The notes under the pieces: model-generated
Told to the model about the DNA's origin: nothing
Databases searched by the model: none
Seen by the model: the letters and a program-made list of their open reading frames with translations, nothing else
Shown: positions 40,591 through 54,595 of the stretch, in pieces
Numbering within the stretch: position 1 is the first letter of the stretch
How the letters are laid out: every line of letters starts with the position of its first letter
Origin: Ptychomitrium polyphyllum
Taxonomy: Eukaryota
Length of the DNA stretch: 64,000 nt
NCBI GenBank assembly: GCA_973851085.1
Contig: OZ316776.1
Location: 13,702,001 to 13,766,000 of the forward strand
Direction of reading: 5' to 3'
Translations under genes and position numbers: made by a program

Positions 40591-43500
40591 CCGCCTCCTC
40601 CGCTGAAAATCAATAATGAAATTGAATATGAAGTGGAAAAGATCTTAGATTCATGCATCAAAAATGGACGTGTGGAGTACTTAATACATTAGCAAGGATA
40701 TGGCATCAGTGACCAAAAATTGGAACCTTCAACGAATGTAACAAATGCATCCGACAAGGTACGCAAATTTCATCAAAGATATCTTCAGAAACCAGGTCAG
40801 TGATGATGTGTCATCAGTAGCCGTTAGCTTCATAGAGAAGTTTTTTCTTCATAGACAAGTATAAGAAGGAAGGAGAGATATCCAAACCTCCAATTGTATG
40901 CAGCATTATTTCCAAGATAGATCATTTCCAGATCCTAGCTAGGATGTCAAATCTTTGTGTTATCATAAATATGCGTGAAGAGTAGTCGGCCATGCTTTCA
41001 TCAACAACAGCATCTGTTGAGCCAACTCAACTTTCTCAGCCCTCGGTAACGGAGGATCTAAGCCAAGATATGAGAGGGACATTCCAATGTCGAGTACGAC
41101 CTCGTGCAGAAGTATTGGCTAGTCGCCCTTCACATTCCAGTCTTGATTCAGATGCTTGCGCTCTAGTCATCTTGTTAGAAATTGGAAGAGCCACTTCTAA
41201 AAGACCCAAGATCTTGTTTGGAGGATGTTTTGAAGGACTTAATCAAGATCAGATCTTGGGATGGGACATTTCAACAACAAAAGTCTTGGCTGGTGGTCAT
41301 CGACGCTTCTTGCAAGGACCAATTGAACCAGTGGATAAATAACAACAAGCAGAATATGTTGCTTCACTCCTTCGACGAATTTTGGAATTTGTAAAAATAT
41401 AACAAGCAAGCCAAGAAAAAAATTCCTCGTGGGACTTGTTGCTAAATGGGGAGGTGATGTCACGGACATAGATCATGCAACATAGTCCTTAGAATATTCT
41501 AGAACCTTCTAGTATACTATAATAGCTTCTTAGAATACTTTTAAATGTCTCCATAGCCTTTCCATGTTCTTAGGAAGCTTCCTAGGAAAGTTCCTCCACC
41601 TTAGAAAACTTCCTAGGAAGGTTCCATCATCTTAGGAAACTTTTTAAGAAACTTCCTAAGAAAGTTCCACTACCTTAGGAAACTTCCAAGGAAGGTTCCA
41701 ACTCCTTGGAAGCTTCTTGGGAAGATTCCAACATCTTAGGAAACTTCTTAGGAAGGTTCCTTAAACTTCCAAAACATTCTTAAGCCTTGTAGGAAGCTTC
41801 TTTAGAAGTATGCTCGGAGATACAAATGTCATAGTATAAATAAGAGGCAAGATAAGGTATTCCTTAGTCTTGCCAACACAAGTTGTGGATCATCTTGAAT
41901 CTTGCCTTGTTCTAATCTTTGTATCAAATTTTTGTTAATCATTAGCTCTTTGGAAGCTAATTCTTTGGAATACACTTTGTTTCTGCTTCTTGTTTCTTGT
42001 GTTTTTAGCAACTACTTCTTTTTAATTTAATCCCATGCTAATGTAATTGTTGTTCTACTTTTTGATTGATTGTTGTTTTTTCTTTTGTATTCCACTACCT
42101 GTTATTCTACTTCCTCACTTTTATTATTCTTGCTCCAACAACCCTGCTGCTGCTAATTTCCTATTTTCTTTCTTCTTTTGTAAGAAAATTCTTGTATAAA
42201 TCTCTTTCTATTAAATATTGTTTTTCTTTGTATTCATGTTATTACTTACTTCTCTTCTATTTTTAACAAACCTACTTGTTATTTTCTCATTCCTTCAAAG
42301 TAATTCTTCCTCCAAGATTTTCTTCTAAAAGGCCCTAGTCTTGAAAAGACCTCTCTCCACTATTAACCTTATTCCTTGTAATTCTAATTTTCTAAAATCT
42401 TATTCTTCCAAGTTCCTTTTTCAAAATACTCTACCTTCTTATTAAATACTCTCCGTCAAATATTGGTAGAAGTAATAGGTAAATTCAAAAGTGGGTTTGA
42501 ATTTAGAAATTATTTAAATTCAATATTTAAATTCAATATTTAAACTCAATATTTGGTCTAAAAAAATTACTATTCAAAAAAAAACTAATAGACCACATTG
42601 TATTGTTATTTTAAGTAATTGCATGATGGTTTACGTTTTTGGAATTTAGAGCTTAGGATTTTAGTATCAACTTCCAAATGATTTGATGGTTGTGGTTTTC
42701 CTTCGACCTTCTTCTATAATTTTTTCAAAAATTCACAAAAGAACAAGAATATATGGAGTAGAAAGTAGGATGTTTAGATATTTAAGTTGATATAAAAATA
42801 TGGAATTATAATGTGAAACTTGTAAATATAAGCATTTAAAATGAATATGGAAATATAAGAATACTTTGTATGGATTTAGTTTGCAAGAGTGTACTTAAAA
42901 GGTGTTGAAATGCACTATGTACATATGTTTGAAATATTTATTTTAAATATTAAATTGGCAAAATTTGGATCCTACATGTTTTGTTCACTTTGTATTATTA
43001 ATGAATGGTTTTACTATAAAATATGATATGTGTAAGTTAAGTGAGGTTTTGTACTAAAATACAAAATTAGAAGCTTAATGCTTGTTAAAATAATAGTTGT
43101 GGAGCATTGAACTAAATGAAGTTGAATATATTACATCTGAAGCATCTTTATGGAATAGAAGCTACAGCTAATTGAAATGGATATTTATATAAGGAAAAAA
43201 AACTAAAAGAAACAAAAGAGTCTTAACATAGTTCAAAAAAAACCTTATGTTCATTAGACAAAGTTCACACATTTTAATACAGTTTGTGTTTGTCTTCAAT
43301 ATTTATTAACAATTCTATAAATATAAATTTGATTATAATATATCACTTGTAATTTCAAAAAGAGAATTTTGGTATTTTATTTATTTTATTTTTATATATT
43401 TTGGTAATTCTTTACTTTATAAATTTCTATATTTGAATTTATTTCAAATAACCACACATTGTGTTCTTTATCTTCCTTAATTTAGCCACTTAATTGAAAG

Positions 43501-43742
43501 AACTAGAAATTATAAAATAATCCTATGTTAAAGTTATCACTTGTAAGATTTGCCCTTGATAGGTTGTCAATGGTTGAAGGAATAGCAGAAAATAGATCAT
43601 ATAGAATAGTAGCAATTAGGATTTAAAAAAGGCGGCTAAAATTTGTGTGGCAGTTAGGAGTTACAATGGCGGTTACTACTTGGCTGGCAAGGAGGATTAG
43701 ATGGCGGTTGAGGTTGGTAGACCTCAATGTCCATTGAAGTAT

Positions 43743-43773
<31 letters not shown>

Positions 43774-45712
43774 TTCAATGTGTTGCAAGTAAGGATCATC
43801 TTGCTCTATATTTCTCTTCTTGGAACTTTGCTTGCTTCTTGCTTTTTATATAGTTTTGTTGCATTTTTCAATACACTTAAGTTTATTTATGTAGTGCCAT
43901 AATATTTGATCATGAATGAAGATTTTTATTCCAAGTCAAGGTATTGATATATTCATATTGAAAACTTATAAATATAGTTACTTAACAAATACATATTTGT
44001 AAAGCTATAGCCTTGTATAAATTAGTTTCATGGGCCAAAATTTAAAAAAATAAAGAACCAATATGTAGTATTTTTACTTATAGAATTATATATTTAGAGA
44101 ATCAAATTATTTCTTCTTAAAAAGATGTTCATAGGATTATTGAAGAATGTTATGATTTATCAACAAATATTATTATGTCCTACAATCAATGTTTATTAAT
44201 GATACTATTTACAATATGCTTTAAAGTGGCATTGTAAGATGCTGCTCTAAAGAAAAATTTAATAGAGTTATCCATTAAGTTTTTTAAAAAAAAGAAAGTT
44301 TAAGTAAACACATTTTGAAACTCAAATTTTATTCAAAAACAAACAAAAACATATTTTAGAAGGTGACTTGATAGACCAATGAGGAATTTTTGTAATATTT
44401 GGGTTTGTTTGGAGAGCCTTAAGGTTAGGACCTCCTCAAAGCAAGCCAAGTTTTCCCAAACCAACTCTTCATTTGCCTTAGGCATCCAAAGTTCTCCTAA
44501 TCATTCTTGTAAATTGGGATTACACTAATACTTATATTATGAATTGTTGGAACTATTATTTATAAGGAAAATACACTTTTAAAAATACAAGGTGAGGAAG
44601 TTCTACTTTTTGAACAATTCTACTGTATAAGATGGTATTAAATTGGGAGAGGGATTGATTTGACAATGACAGAAGCCCAAAGATAGCCAATAGGTCCACC
44701 ATTTAACATACAGCGTAGCTCATCACTCAGTGGTCACTGGCTGCTTCTACTTCCACTTTATTCCATATCCATAAGAAATTGCTTTTTTGAGCTGAACTTC
44801 AGATTTTCTGAACCATCACAATTAGTAGATGCAAAAATCTGATCATGATTTGCACAAACAGAAATCTTCCAATAGATTAATGTACAGGCATCATTACATA
44901 CACACAATCCCGTAAGAAAGAAAGGGTGATAACTAATGACAGAAAGAAAGTTCTAGAGTGTCAGTGGTTATGTGCTCATTCTCACAATGGTGAGGAGCAC
45001 AGAACTATGGTCATTCTCTTGGGGTCCTGGATGATTACACTAAGGAGAGGATTTATGTTTAACTGGGACCTCTAAAGATTTCTGTGGGATAAAATAACCA
45101 TTTCACTGTACAGCATTGCACCTGATTATTGAACATGTGCTTGATGCTTATTAGTTTTTCCATAGAAAGAAAGTGGGAATGGGTTTGCTTTTCTTAGTAG
45201 CAGAATTTACTGATTTCAAGGCCACTTGTTACATTTTTTCAAATCATTTCAAATGCATCTGGTTGGTGAAGCTTGACAAGCATTCTGGGAATTGGACAAA
45301 TTCATTATTAGAGGCCACAATCTCTGAAAATGGAGGATGACAGCTTATCAATCTCCAAATGTATCCATCACATAATAGGAACAAGTTTATGTTTATACAA
45401 AGCTTGCACAGGACAGTGATCAATTAAGAATTTGATAAAACCCATACTGATCACTACAGTCAAATTTTTATTTGTACCAAAAAAAACTGATATCTACAAT
45501 TCAAAATGTGTATGCATTTTTGACAATTGGTGTGTGAATACTGGTAGCATACCAGATGAGAATGTCATGATGAACTGCATGCTTCTTATATCTAATTTAT
45601 CAAAAATGCAGGTGTTTGAAATGCCTCACAGATCTTCAATGTATGGAATAGTTACTGCAAAATAACATTACTATGAGATGGATTGGTTTTTATGAATGAA
45701 CAACATCTACTA

Positions 45713-48700
45713 TCAGACACGCATGACTGCATGAAGTATGATATCAGATGCTATCTTTGCTTCTTGCAGCTGCTCCTTACGTTCCTTGTGCAATCTGTCT
45801 GTCCAATATATGTTACATCTACCATACAGAACAAGAAACCCAATCAATGATAGAAATCTTCCAACTTGCACATGTAACATGCCCCTTTCACTGCTAAAAT
45901 GCTACAATAGCTTAGTGTCAAAATACCTAGTTGAAAATACTCTGATATGACTGATATGAAAAATATAACCAAGTTAAAGTTTTAGTGAGAATGCAATATC
46001 ATGTTCTAATGAAGGACATAACATATTTAAGGTGTTTTCGAGCTAGAGTGCACTAAATGGTACAAGTAGTGATCTTTAGTACATCATAGAATATGACATA
46101 TATAGAGCATATGATATGTGATATGCCACTATATACATATGTCATGATATATTTCATATAATATAATGTACAAACATTATCATTTCTTAAACCAAATTAC
46201 AAAAAAAGAGTAGAAACAAAACCATATAAATTTTAGTTAAATCCATAAAAGACTATTTTTTTTAAAAACAATGTAATAAATTAGAGTGTAAGCACTATAA
46301 TATCTCATTTTTCACTTTGAAATCTTCACTTGCTAACATATAACCTTCAAATTTGGTTGAAAAGAGTTTTGTACCTTTTAGAAAAAAATGTAGTTGTTTA
46401 AGATTTAAACATTTTCCAAAAAAAAATCCACAAAAACGTGTTTTCAATTTACATTCTACAAACTAATTGGTTCTAAAAGCATTCACTTGAGAGACAATTT
46501 TGGAAAATAGTAGACATTATAGTGTTACTTTTTCTTAAAACTCTTAAATATAATAGCAAATTTTGAACATAAAAACACTCCACAAAAACATGTGGATACA
46601 TATTGGAAATTCAAACTTAAGTCCCAAATTTTATGCACATTCTATTTTTTCTAGAGTTGTCAAACTTTCAAAAAATGCCTTGGTTATCTTTGTTGAAGTG
46701 CAGAGCCATACCTGTTGTGAACCAATGTGGCAAGTTCCTTTAGCCTTACAGCATTGAGATACACTCCCACCTACAAGCAATATAACAAATTCACATGACG
46801 TCTTGAGAGGCATGCAGTTAGGGATAGAAAACCTCTTTGTCTCAGATTGCATCCAAGCAGCCTGTGGCTGACAAATATATATTTTGATGTTGATTTAAAT
46901 ACATGTCATACAGCATTCAGCAACCACATCAAAATCAAACAACTTGGGCTTCATAATTTTCTTACTTTTCTGCACAAAGGACACTTGGCATTAAAAGCAG
47001 CAGATCGAGGACCTTCATATGCCAGAACAGAGGCAGCTGCACATATACAGCTATTGCAGAATACATGCCCGCATCCTAATGCAACTGGATCAAAGACCAT
47101 ATCCTGGAAAATCAACCAAGTGGAAGTTATCAGAAAACATCTGCCGACAAAAGTACAGGAGGAGGTTTTTATATAATAAAACGGAATTAAATAGAATGAA
47201 AAAAAGGAACTAGAGAAAACAAATAGTGTGCCAATCCCTTAAGACTGATCAGATGACGGAAGCTCCCCTTACAAGGCAGATTGAGCAATTGAGTACGAAC
47301 TCGAGTCTTGCTGATTCCAGAACTGTACAGGACAGAGTGGGAGTGTCACTCTCAAAGTCGCATGAAGGCTCTCCAAGGCCATAACTGATTGGAGATGGTA
47401 TTGCTCGAGAGTCTGCTAAATTGAGGTAAAGTGCAGACAACTCTATAAACCAGGGGGACTGTAAGAGCTCCCCACGCAAGGCCAACAGACGCTTCCTGAA
47501 GGCACCTCCGTTGATATTCGATTGGTGAACCTGCAGAAGTAATATTCTACCTCATTATTGCGAGTGATTATCATCCACAAAAGTAGTTTTCATATTTCGG
47601 AAATAGGAAGTCTGCAGCAACAATCACGTGCAAAACAGTATCTACCATCACCTGTCATTCAAGAGCAAAAAAATTGCACTGAAGGCCACAAAGACGTTCA
47701 AGGTTAATAGACTTCTTGCTTCAAAATGATACTACCTTCACTAGAACAGACGCCACGTCAACTGGTAAGGACATACATGATCGGAGTACTCCAACAAACT
47801 AATTCACACATGAGTCTTACAATATACCTTGTCATACTTTTTTAGAATTTTGCGTACAGCAGTAGCGTTCAAAAATGCATAGCTCACTAAATATCGCCCT
47901 TGCTGGATCATAGCTGCCTGATCAAGTTTGCTATACTTCAGGTGAAGTAAGAACTTGCGGAATCCTGATGCAAGGTGCAGTTGCAGCAACTCCTGAGCAC
48001 GAGTATTGAAACAGCCTACCACCTCCGCAAGCTCCTCCACCAGTTCACCAAAAAACTTGGCGTCACAACCTACACGTACACAAGGTAAGCCGAAAAGAAT
48101 ATAGTATGTATAGCACCGTATTTTCATCCATGATAGTAGCTGCATGTGTTTATCTAAGATGCACATAAAAAAGTTTTTCAGTATCTTCACATTATCATCG
48201 TCAAGTAAAATAATGTAGACTGCTCGTTGGGAGTGAAGAAACCATGTTACTTATCCTGAAATTTACAGGTTAAAAAACCGAGACGACATTCAAATAATGT
48301 TAGAATTATCAAAACAAACCGATTTAGAAAGTGCCTATCAGGACACACCACAACCTTAGTCAAAAGAAATTCGATTGCGCCGGGCTGAAGGAAAAAGAAA
48401 TTTCGGACAAGATTTGAAACCCAAGAATAGCACGAACCTGGACAAGACAAGGACACCTCCTGCGTAGTGCGCAGAGTGAACCCGTCCGCCTCTGTTTCTT
48501 CATCGTGGGATCCGTTACATGGCAAGTGGTCGTCGCCCAACAAATTAGTCGACGAGCTTAGAGACGAAGAGATTGGTAAATAAGCCTGGCGGCACGGTTT
48601 GTGATGGAGAGGGCAACTCTTGAGCACTTTCTTTAGATGCTTGAATTCCACATATGAGCATCCCAGAAGATGGCTGTGGATCTCGCGCTCAATATACTCT

Positions 48701-48723
48701 GTGTACGTCTTCCCGAACTTCAT
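45713..48723 (-). CDS. NLA: SPX-RING E3 ubiquitin ligase (NLA/BAH1-like), copy 2. Exons 48723-48438, 48069-47828, 47530-47273, 47103-46966, 46770-46712, 45818-45713
   Basis: Duplicate at offset 37764. The only difference seen is an intronic SNP (10315/48079). Confidence 0.93.
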
Positions 48724-50873
48724 CAGGATGCCTTGAATGTTGTCGATGTCGCAAGCGTCGAAAGGACGAATTTCTGTGCCTGAATTGATTCAAACACCGT
48801 GCAGCTCCCGTCTTGGACATAAAATCCCCAGCTCTTCTGCGCAGCACAGCACAAAGAATGAGGTCGTTTAGTTGGGCATCCACCGAAGTCGAGCTGTCCC
48901 AGCACACAATCATTCATTGACGTAACTTACATGAGCATATGAACGGCCACTTCTCTTACGAAGTACATTAAACCAACAGAAGCTTCCACGAGGATGCTCG
49001 TAAACCTGCAAACCATCGCCCAGTGGCCGCCAGCTTTGGTTAACAGAAAGCTCTTGATCAAGAGATCGAAGTGCTCAATCGCTTTGAGAAGAAAAACAGA
49101 AGTAAGTAAAAATAAGGAAGGCATGCAAACGGAGCAGGAGGGGATTTCCGTAAAGGGCTAACTTGAACGAACGAACGAACGAACTCTGCTTGTGAGAAGT
49201 AAAAGTAGTAGCTTAATAGTTGGTAGTTGTGATACCTCTAAAACCCTGATGTAGTCCTGTCACTACATATGATCATAAGTGACGACGATGGGATGATTTT
49301 GGACGCTTACCTGACAGACGTACGATATATATACCTATGCATGAAAGCGAGGTTGGGGAACGAGAGAGGAACAAGAGATGCAAGGCAAGACTTACTGGAC
49401 CGACCAGCGTGGTTGAGTAGAAGGGAAGCAGTCATTCCAGAAAAGTTGCAACTGGGGACCGTGATACCGTGGAGGCTGCCGCGGAAAGAAAGCGAGAATA
49501 TTCACTGCATCTGGAGGTAACAGTGCGCGCGAGTCACTGCACTGGCACACCAAGAATCATCCGGAGGTCCCTACTGCAAGTTGGGTAATATAATTGGTTT
49601 CGCCATCTGAGGACTGGATGGAGAGAGTCAAGGGGAAAACAGATTGATTGCAAGGCACTTTCTCAAGTCGACTCCGAATGTGCACTTGTGAACTGCGTGT
49701 CTTATGTGGCGAGATGATCCCTAATCCTTGTTCCTTGTTCGTTCTAATCGTAATATCTAATCATGGTTAGGTTGTTACGATGCCAGAAAGTTAGGAGCGG
49801 GTTACGAGATGCAGCTGGGGTACTCTGGATTGTGGAGAGTTGTCATTGGTCTCAATTCCTCTCTTTCTTGGGGTGTAATAGGGAGTAATTCTTGCTTGAT
49901 GGTGGCCTCCTATAAGGCTACAACTTAATATGCACCTTTGGTTAGTGGGCTACAGTAAGTTCTGGGCAACGTGCAGCACAACTTAGTACTATAGAAGCCA
50001 ATTGTGCAACGTTGCTGTTAGGAGCCAAGCTCCTCACGGAAGCATCAGAAGTTCATCAATTCTGCTGCTCACCATAGTTGTACCTTCACTGTTCCAGACA
50101 GACAGTGACGCTTGTCAGTAAGCTGTCACTGAAACCCAATCCACTAAGTTGGTCCTACTTATATCTGCTTCTCTTCTCTTTTCAAATAACAACAATGATT
50201 GTAGAGTTGCTTCTCACTAGTACTGATGCACTCCTCTAAGCCCTTTTTTGCACTCCCCTGACTTCTAATGCCCGCCCATAGCCTTGGGATGCAATTATCA
50301 CTAATTCAAGTCATCGCTCCATCGGCCTAAACGGAAGCTTGCACATCCACCAAAGCTGCCTTATCACCACTTGGTTTAATTCAGTTTAGGGACCCTCACC
50401 CCAATGTCCCTCAGCTTTCACATTTCCCTTGATGTAGTACTCAAAACTACTACTACTGCAACGGCATAATCTTGTCCTCTCTGTCAACCAGGTATAGGAT
50501 CCTCGTCGTCCAAAACCTCATACATCCAAAGAGGAGGCAACACACTTACTGCCCACGATATTCAACTCTGCCGAAGGTTGCTCAACAAAAGCACTTCTCT
50601 GCATGGAAAACAATCATAAACGGACTCTTTCTCGTTGCTAATTGAAACTATGATACAGGAAGAGCAAATTATCTGACTCCCAAAATCCAGACAGGCTATC
50701 TGTTCAATGTGAAGTGTCTCGATCACCTACGCAACAGTTCTGGGCTGCATCACAAAGCTCCTCCACGCTGGACAAGCTCAAAAACTAATCTTCCCCAAAC
50801 CCGGCTGGAAGGTTTTCGACCGCTGAATCCTACACCAGTAATAGGATTCGACTACAAAACCCTAATGACATGC

Positions 50874-53090
50874 TTACTGCTGCCCATCATTGCTGTGGAA
50901 CACGTTCTGTTTGGACGGAGGATCTAACACGGTGTCCCTGATGTTGGACAGTGCAATCTCCGTGATTCTCACCACACTCGACACCGGCAGAGGCTGCAGC
51001 GACGACGGTGGCGCAACAAACACATCAAAGTCCTGCCGTACTCTCCCGTTGTTAGGCTCAGAAGATGCTAATGCAGTGCCTTGCGCCTTTACACAGAACC
51101 TGCAGTTGCTGATATCAAAAGCTTCCGCTGTCCGCACTTCCTGACACACCGAGCAACAGCTGCACAACAGCCACTGCGCAAAGTCGCTGAGGTTAGGGCG
51201 CCCACAGCACCACGTCTTCCCTGGTAAGCCGTACGTCTCCCGCATTCGGATTCGCCAATATCCCCCATAAAACAACCCGCACACACTGATGATTATGCCA
51301 CTTCCTCTTAGAAACTGGCGAAATTCCCTGCATCACCACCGCCATCGTCACGATGAAGCAACGTCATTCAACAAATCCATATGTCAGTTAAAGAAGCTCT
51401 TGCATTCACTGACGCTTTTCACTACTGCCTCGGCAATCTCGTCCAAGTCTATATCAGAAAGCACTACAATCCTTTAAGTCCTCCAACATGCATAGTAACA
51501 CCTCCATGGTACAGTACATTCCTCCACTAAACCACGCAGTCGCGGCCAACCACTGAATACATGGTAGTGTCACAAACTAGGCATCCCTACCAAAAAAACA
51601 TCACTCCACACACTAGAACGACGACTCTAAACTCTGAAGCAAGTCTCTGTGCCTTACAAGAGGATTGATCTGCAGTAATTTGAAGGATCATGAGGATATT
51701 CACCAGTTAACGATGAGGTTTCAATCAAAACAAGTACTAGGAGCAAAATCCAAATGATGAACCAAAGCAATGAGAAAAATCAGATGACTGACCTACTATC
51801 CACATTGACGGCTGCCATTTCGAAGATTACAAAAGGGGCAAAACACACGAGCAAAAATGTGGCGACATGGACGTAGCGGTTGCCAAACCCCAGCCTACTG
51901 AGATTGTGGCCCAGAACGCACGGAAAACAGCATGCCGTCGCCGCCACCAGTGTGGGAGCCTCCCAGCATTCGAACACGCCCCCTTGCCACTGCGGGTTCT
52001 CCACCACATTGCCCGCCCTGGATCCTCCCAGAGTAGAATGTCGCTCAAGCAGCCGGTCGTACTTCTGTGGCGCATGAAGAAATCTCGAGGGCAACCTCTC
52101 TCCTGCTATGTCTGTGGCTAAATTTTCTGCGTCGTCTTCGCCAGGTGAGTCCTTCCCCAATGAACTCACGTTCGTGTAGATTCCTGCCGCACAGCCTGCG
52201 CTGAGCGCCGTTACAAAGCAGACCATGACCGCCGCCACGGGTCGCTGAGCCCTGTTGTAGTACCAGTTCAATGCGCAGACGGCATACTGCGCAAAGCAAT
52301 TCAACTGGTAGAGCAGGAGCAGCACAAGCATGTGAAACCACTCGTTAGGTTTCGGCATTCCTCCTTTACAGTACGCATCGCGAAGCTTGAGGATATCTTT
52401 GCGGCGCCACCGCAGTAACCACACGAGGTGCAACACCCGCAAGGGATGGACGAGCACCACAAACAAAGTGAAGAGCGCGTTGATGGTTTGATTGAAGGCC
52501 TCGAACCAAAGGTCCCGGTCCGCCTTGCGCGGCAGAACACTGTTGAGCATGCCTACCATGACCATGAAGAGCATTGCGCCCGACACGAAAACCGCCAGGC
52601 CCCACATCCCCACAGCCCAGTTCTTGGGGTTCCGAAGCCACTCTGCTGCCAGTCCCCTCACGGCTTTCCACCTGACCTCTCCCACGATCGGCAACGTGAC
52701 GCTCAGGCCCGACCGAGGCCCATCAGCTGAGGACGGCGACCCTCTGGCCTGATAAAACCTAGCGAGGTTGTTGGGTGGAGCGAAGATCATGCTCACCGGT
52801 TTAAGCAGCCTGGGCGAGTTCGCCGCCCCTGGAATCGGTGGCGTGCCACTCCGTCTCCGCGTTAGAAAATCCTCCGACCCATCCTCAAACTCTGCAGCCT
52901 CCCCTGCAATATTCCTCACATTCACAGGTCGCAACCCGGAGTGTCCCTCCAGCACTCGGTTAATGTGCCCGCCCATTCGAGCGCTCGGCTGTGGCTCCGC
53001 CAGGCTCGTGTTGTCGCCCATGGCGGACACGAGCGAAACCTTCTCCATGGCGCCAAGCGTACATACCCACCGATCAAGTGACCTCCCCAA
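50874..53090 (-). CDS. PLAC8-family membrane protein, copy 2. Exons 53090-51793, 51327-50874
   Basis: Duplicate at offset 37764; one synonymous SNP seen (CGA/CGG at 15306/53070). Confidence 0.9.
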
Positions 53091-54595
53091 AGGCCCAAAC
53101 CATCACTCACCGGTGGTACAGATCTCACGGAGACGACCAAGAACATGCACACCACTGAAGTGGGCGAGAGGGAGACAGTAGTAGAAAGTCTCGTTTTGGG
53201 CTTCCCCGCAGCTCTACGGTGCCCAAGCATGCGATGGTGCGTTGCAGTAAAGGACGGAATGCTGGCGTGACGATGAAGGATTGAAATGAATTGTTTCCAG
53301 TGTGCAGGTGGAGCGCAATGACGGTAAGCAGCTAAGCTCACAAGAAGAGGTATTAGGGCTCCCTATGCGAATGGTGGAGTAACCGTGGTAGGGCGAGGCT
53401 CCGCATGTGGAAACAGCAAGTTCCTATATCAGTGAACAGTACGTGCATGAACTTGAAGCGAGGCAGAAAAGTCGGTCCACGGAAGAGATGGACATGCAGG
53501 TGAGGACGGCCAGGGCCCCATGTGATGCAGCGATGGACGAGAAACCCAAGAGAGACCCGCAACAGATGACTTACTAGAACGCAGCTTTGGCATGTGCAGA
53601 GCCTCCTCCGACATGCACTGCTGCCACTCATCTGCAGTCTGGTCACCATGGCCAGTTCCGGCTTCCACTTCTGCTGATGGTTGAATTGACTGCAAGGGTT
53701 GACAGGGTACAATGTAACTTATATTTGTAAGCGGAGCCGCCTGTAGGCGGCCTGACGGCCACCTGACAGTACAGACGAATCCTGGCTGCAAAACATCTCC
53801 AGAATCTAATGACGAACCACGACGCTCGTAAGAATGCAGACTGCTGTCGTTTCTTTCTGCTCTGTGCTCATCGTGCTGAGAAGTTAAATTTAAAAAGTGG
53901 GATTGTTGATAACTTGGAAGGCTCCAAAAAATCCGTCGCGATCTTACTCTTGCTCACTGTCAGTATCCAATCCGGAAATCCCGATTCCGGGAAAGTCGAA
54001 AGAAACGTCAGCGTGCTTTTTGACGTTGAATGGAGCGGACTCCGCAGACAACGGTACTTGCCTGAAGTAGGATTCAAGGAGATGATGGAGCGTCTGGCGA
54101 GCCTAAATGATGCTCACTAACCATGTGGTTGAACGAGGGCGTGCAGTTGAATGTGCAAGGAATCCTTAAAGCGTGGGGAGGGTGGCTGGACCACGATGTC
54201 GTCGGGGATGCTGCGGAGACGAGTTGACGATCTTGTGAACTCTTGGGGCGAGACGGAGTCCTTGATTAATAGAAGCGCCGATTCGTTGACGAGGAAAGAG
54301 CTGGATTCCCTGAATTCCCCCGATTTTTTCTACCGCGGTCCAGTCTGGAGTGCACCCGTGACCTGTCCAGCCAGGTTCGTTTGGGGGCAACGCTCTCGCA
54401 GCTGCATGTGCTGGTGTGTCCGGCTTCCCCTGGCCAAGGAAGCCTGGATTCCGGCCCCCTCCGCCTCAAATCTGCGCGATTTTGTCTCTCCAGCGCTACC
54501 CTCCTCACTTTCGAGGGGGAAAGAGGGAACGTGTGGCATGCTCTGTTCTGGATTGATCCGCAGCGGCCTCTTCGCTGCCATGGTGTGAAGCGAAG

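Larger units (their letters stand above)
32846..42010 (+). mobile_element. Full-length decayed Ty3/gypsy chromovirus A (Tcn1-like). LTRs 32846-33386 and 41458-42010; TSD ACTCC/ACTAC
   Basis: Paired LTRs beginning TGTCAC. Gag MPDKFDGSRSKLRGF, protease [35 protein letters not shown] and YLDDILI, RNase H EADASNF and YTDHKNLEYF, integrase, chromodomain, PPT. Confidence 0.95.
37763..53261 (+). repeat. Segmental duplication, copy 2 (matches 1-15497)
   Basis: Same comparison as copy 1. This copy continues into non-TE sequence upstream of the PLAC8 gene, so it keeps the ancestral right flank. Confidence 0.98.

Noticed and set aside
53341..54590. ORFs of 100-145 aa between PLAC8 copy 2 and the protease pseudogene
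   Set aside because: No motifs, and they overlap on both strands; more likely UTR, intron or promoter sequence.
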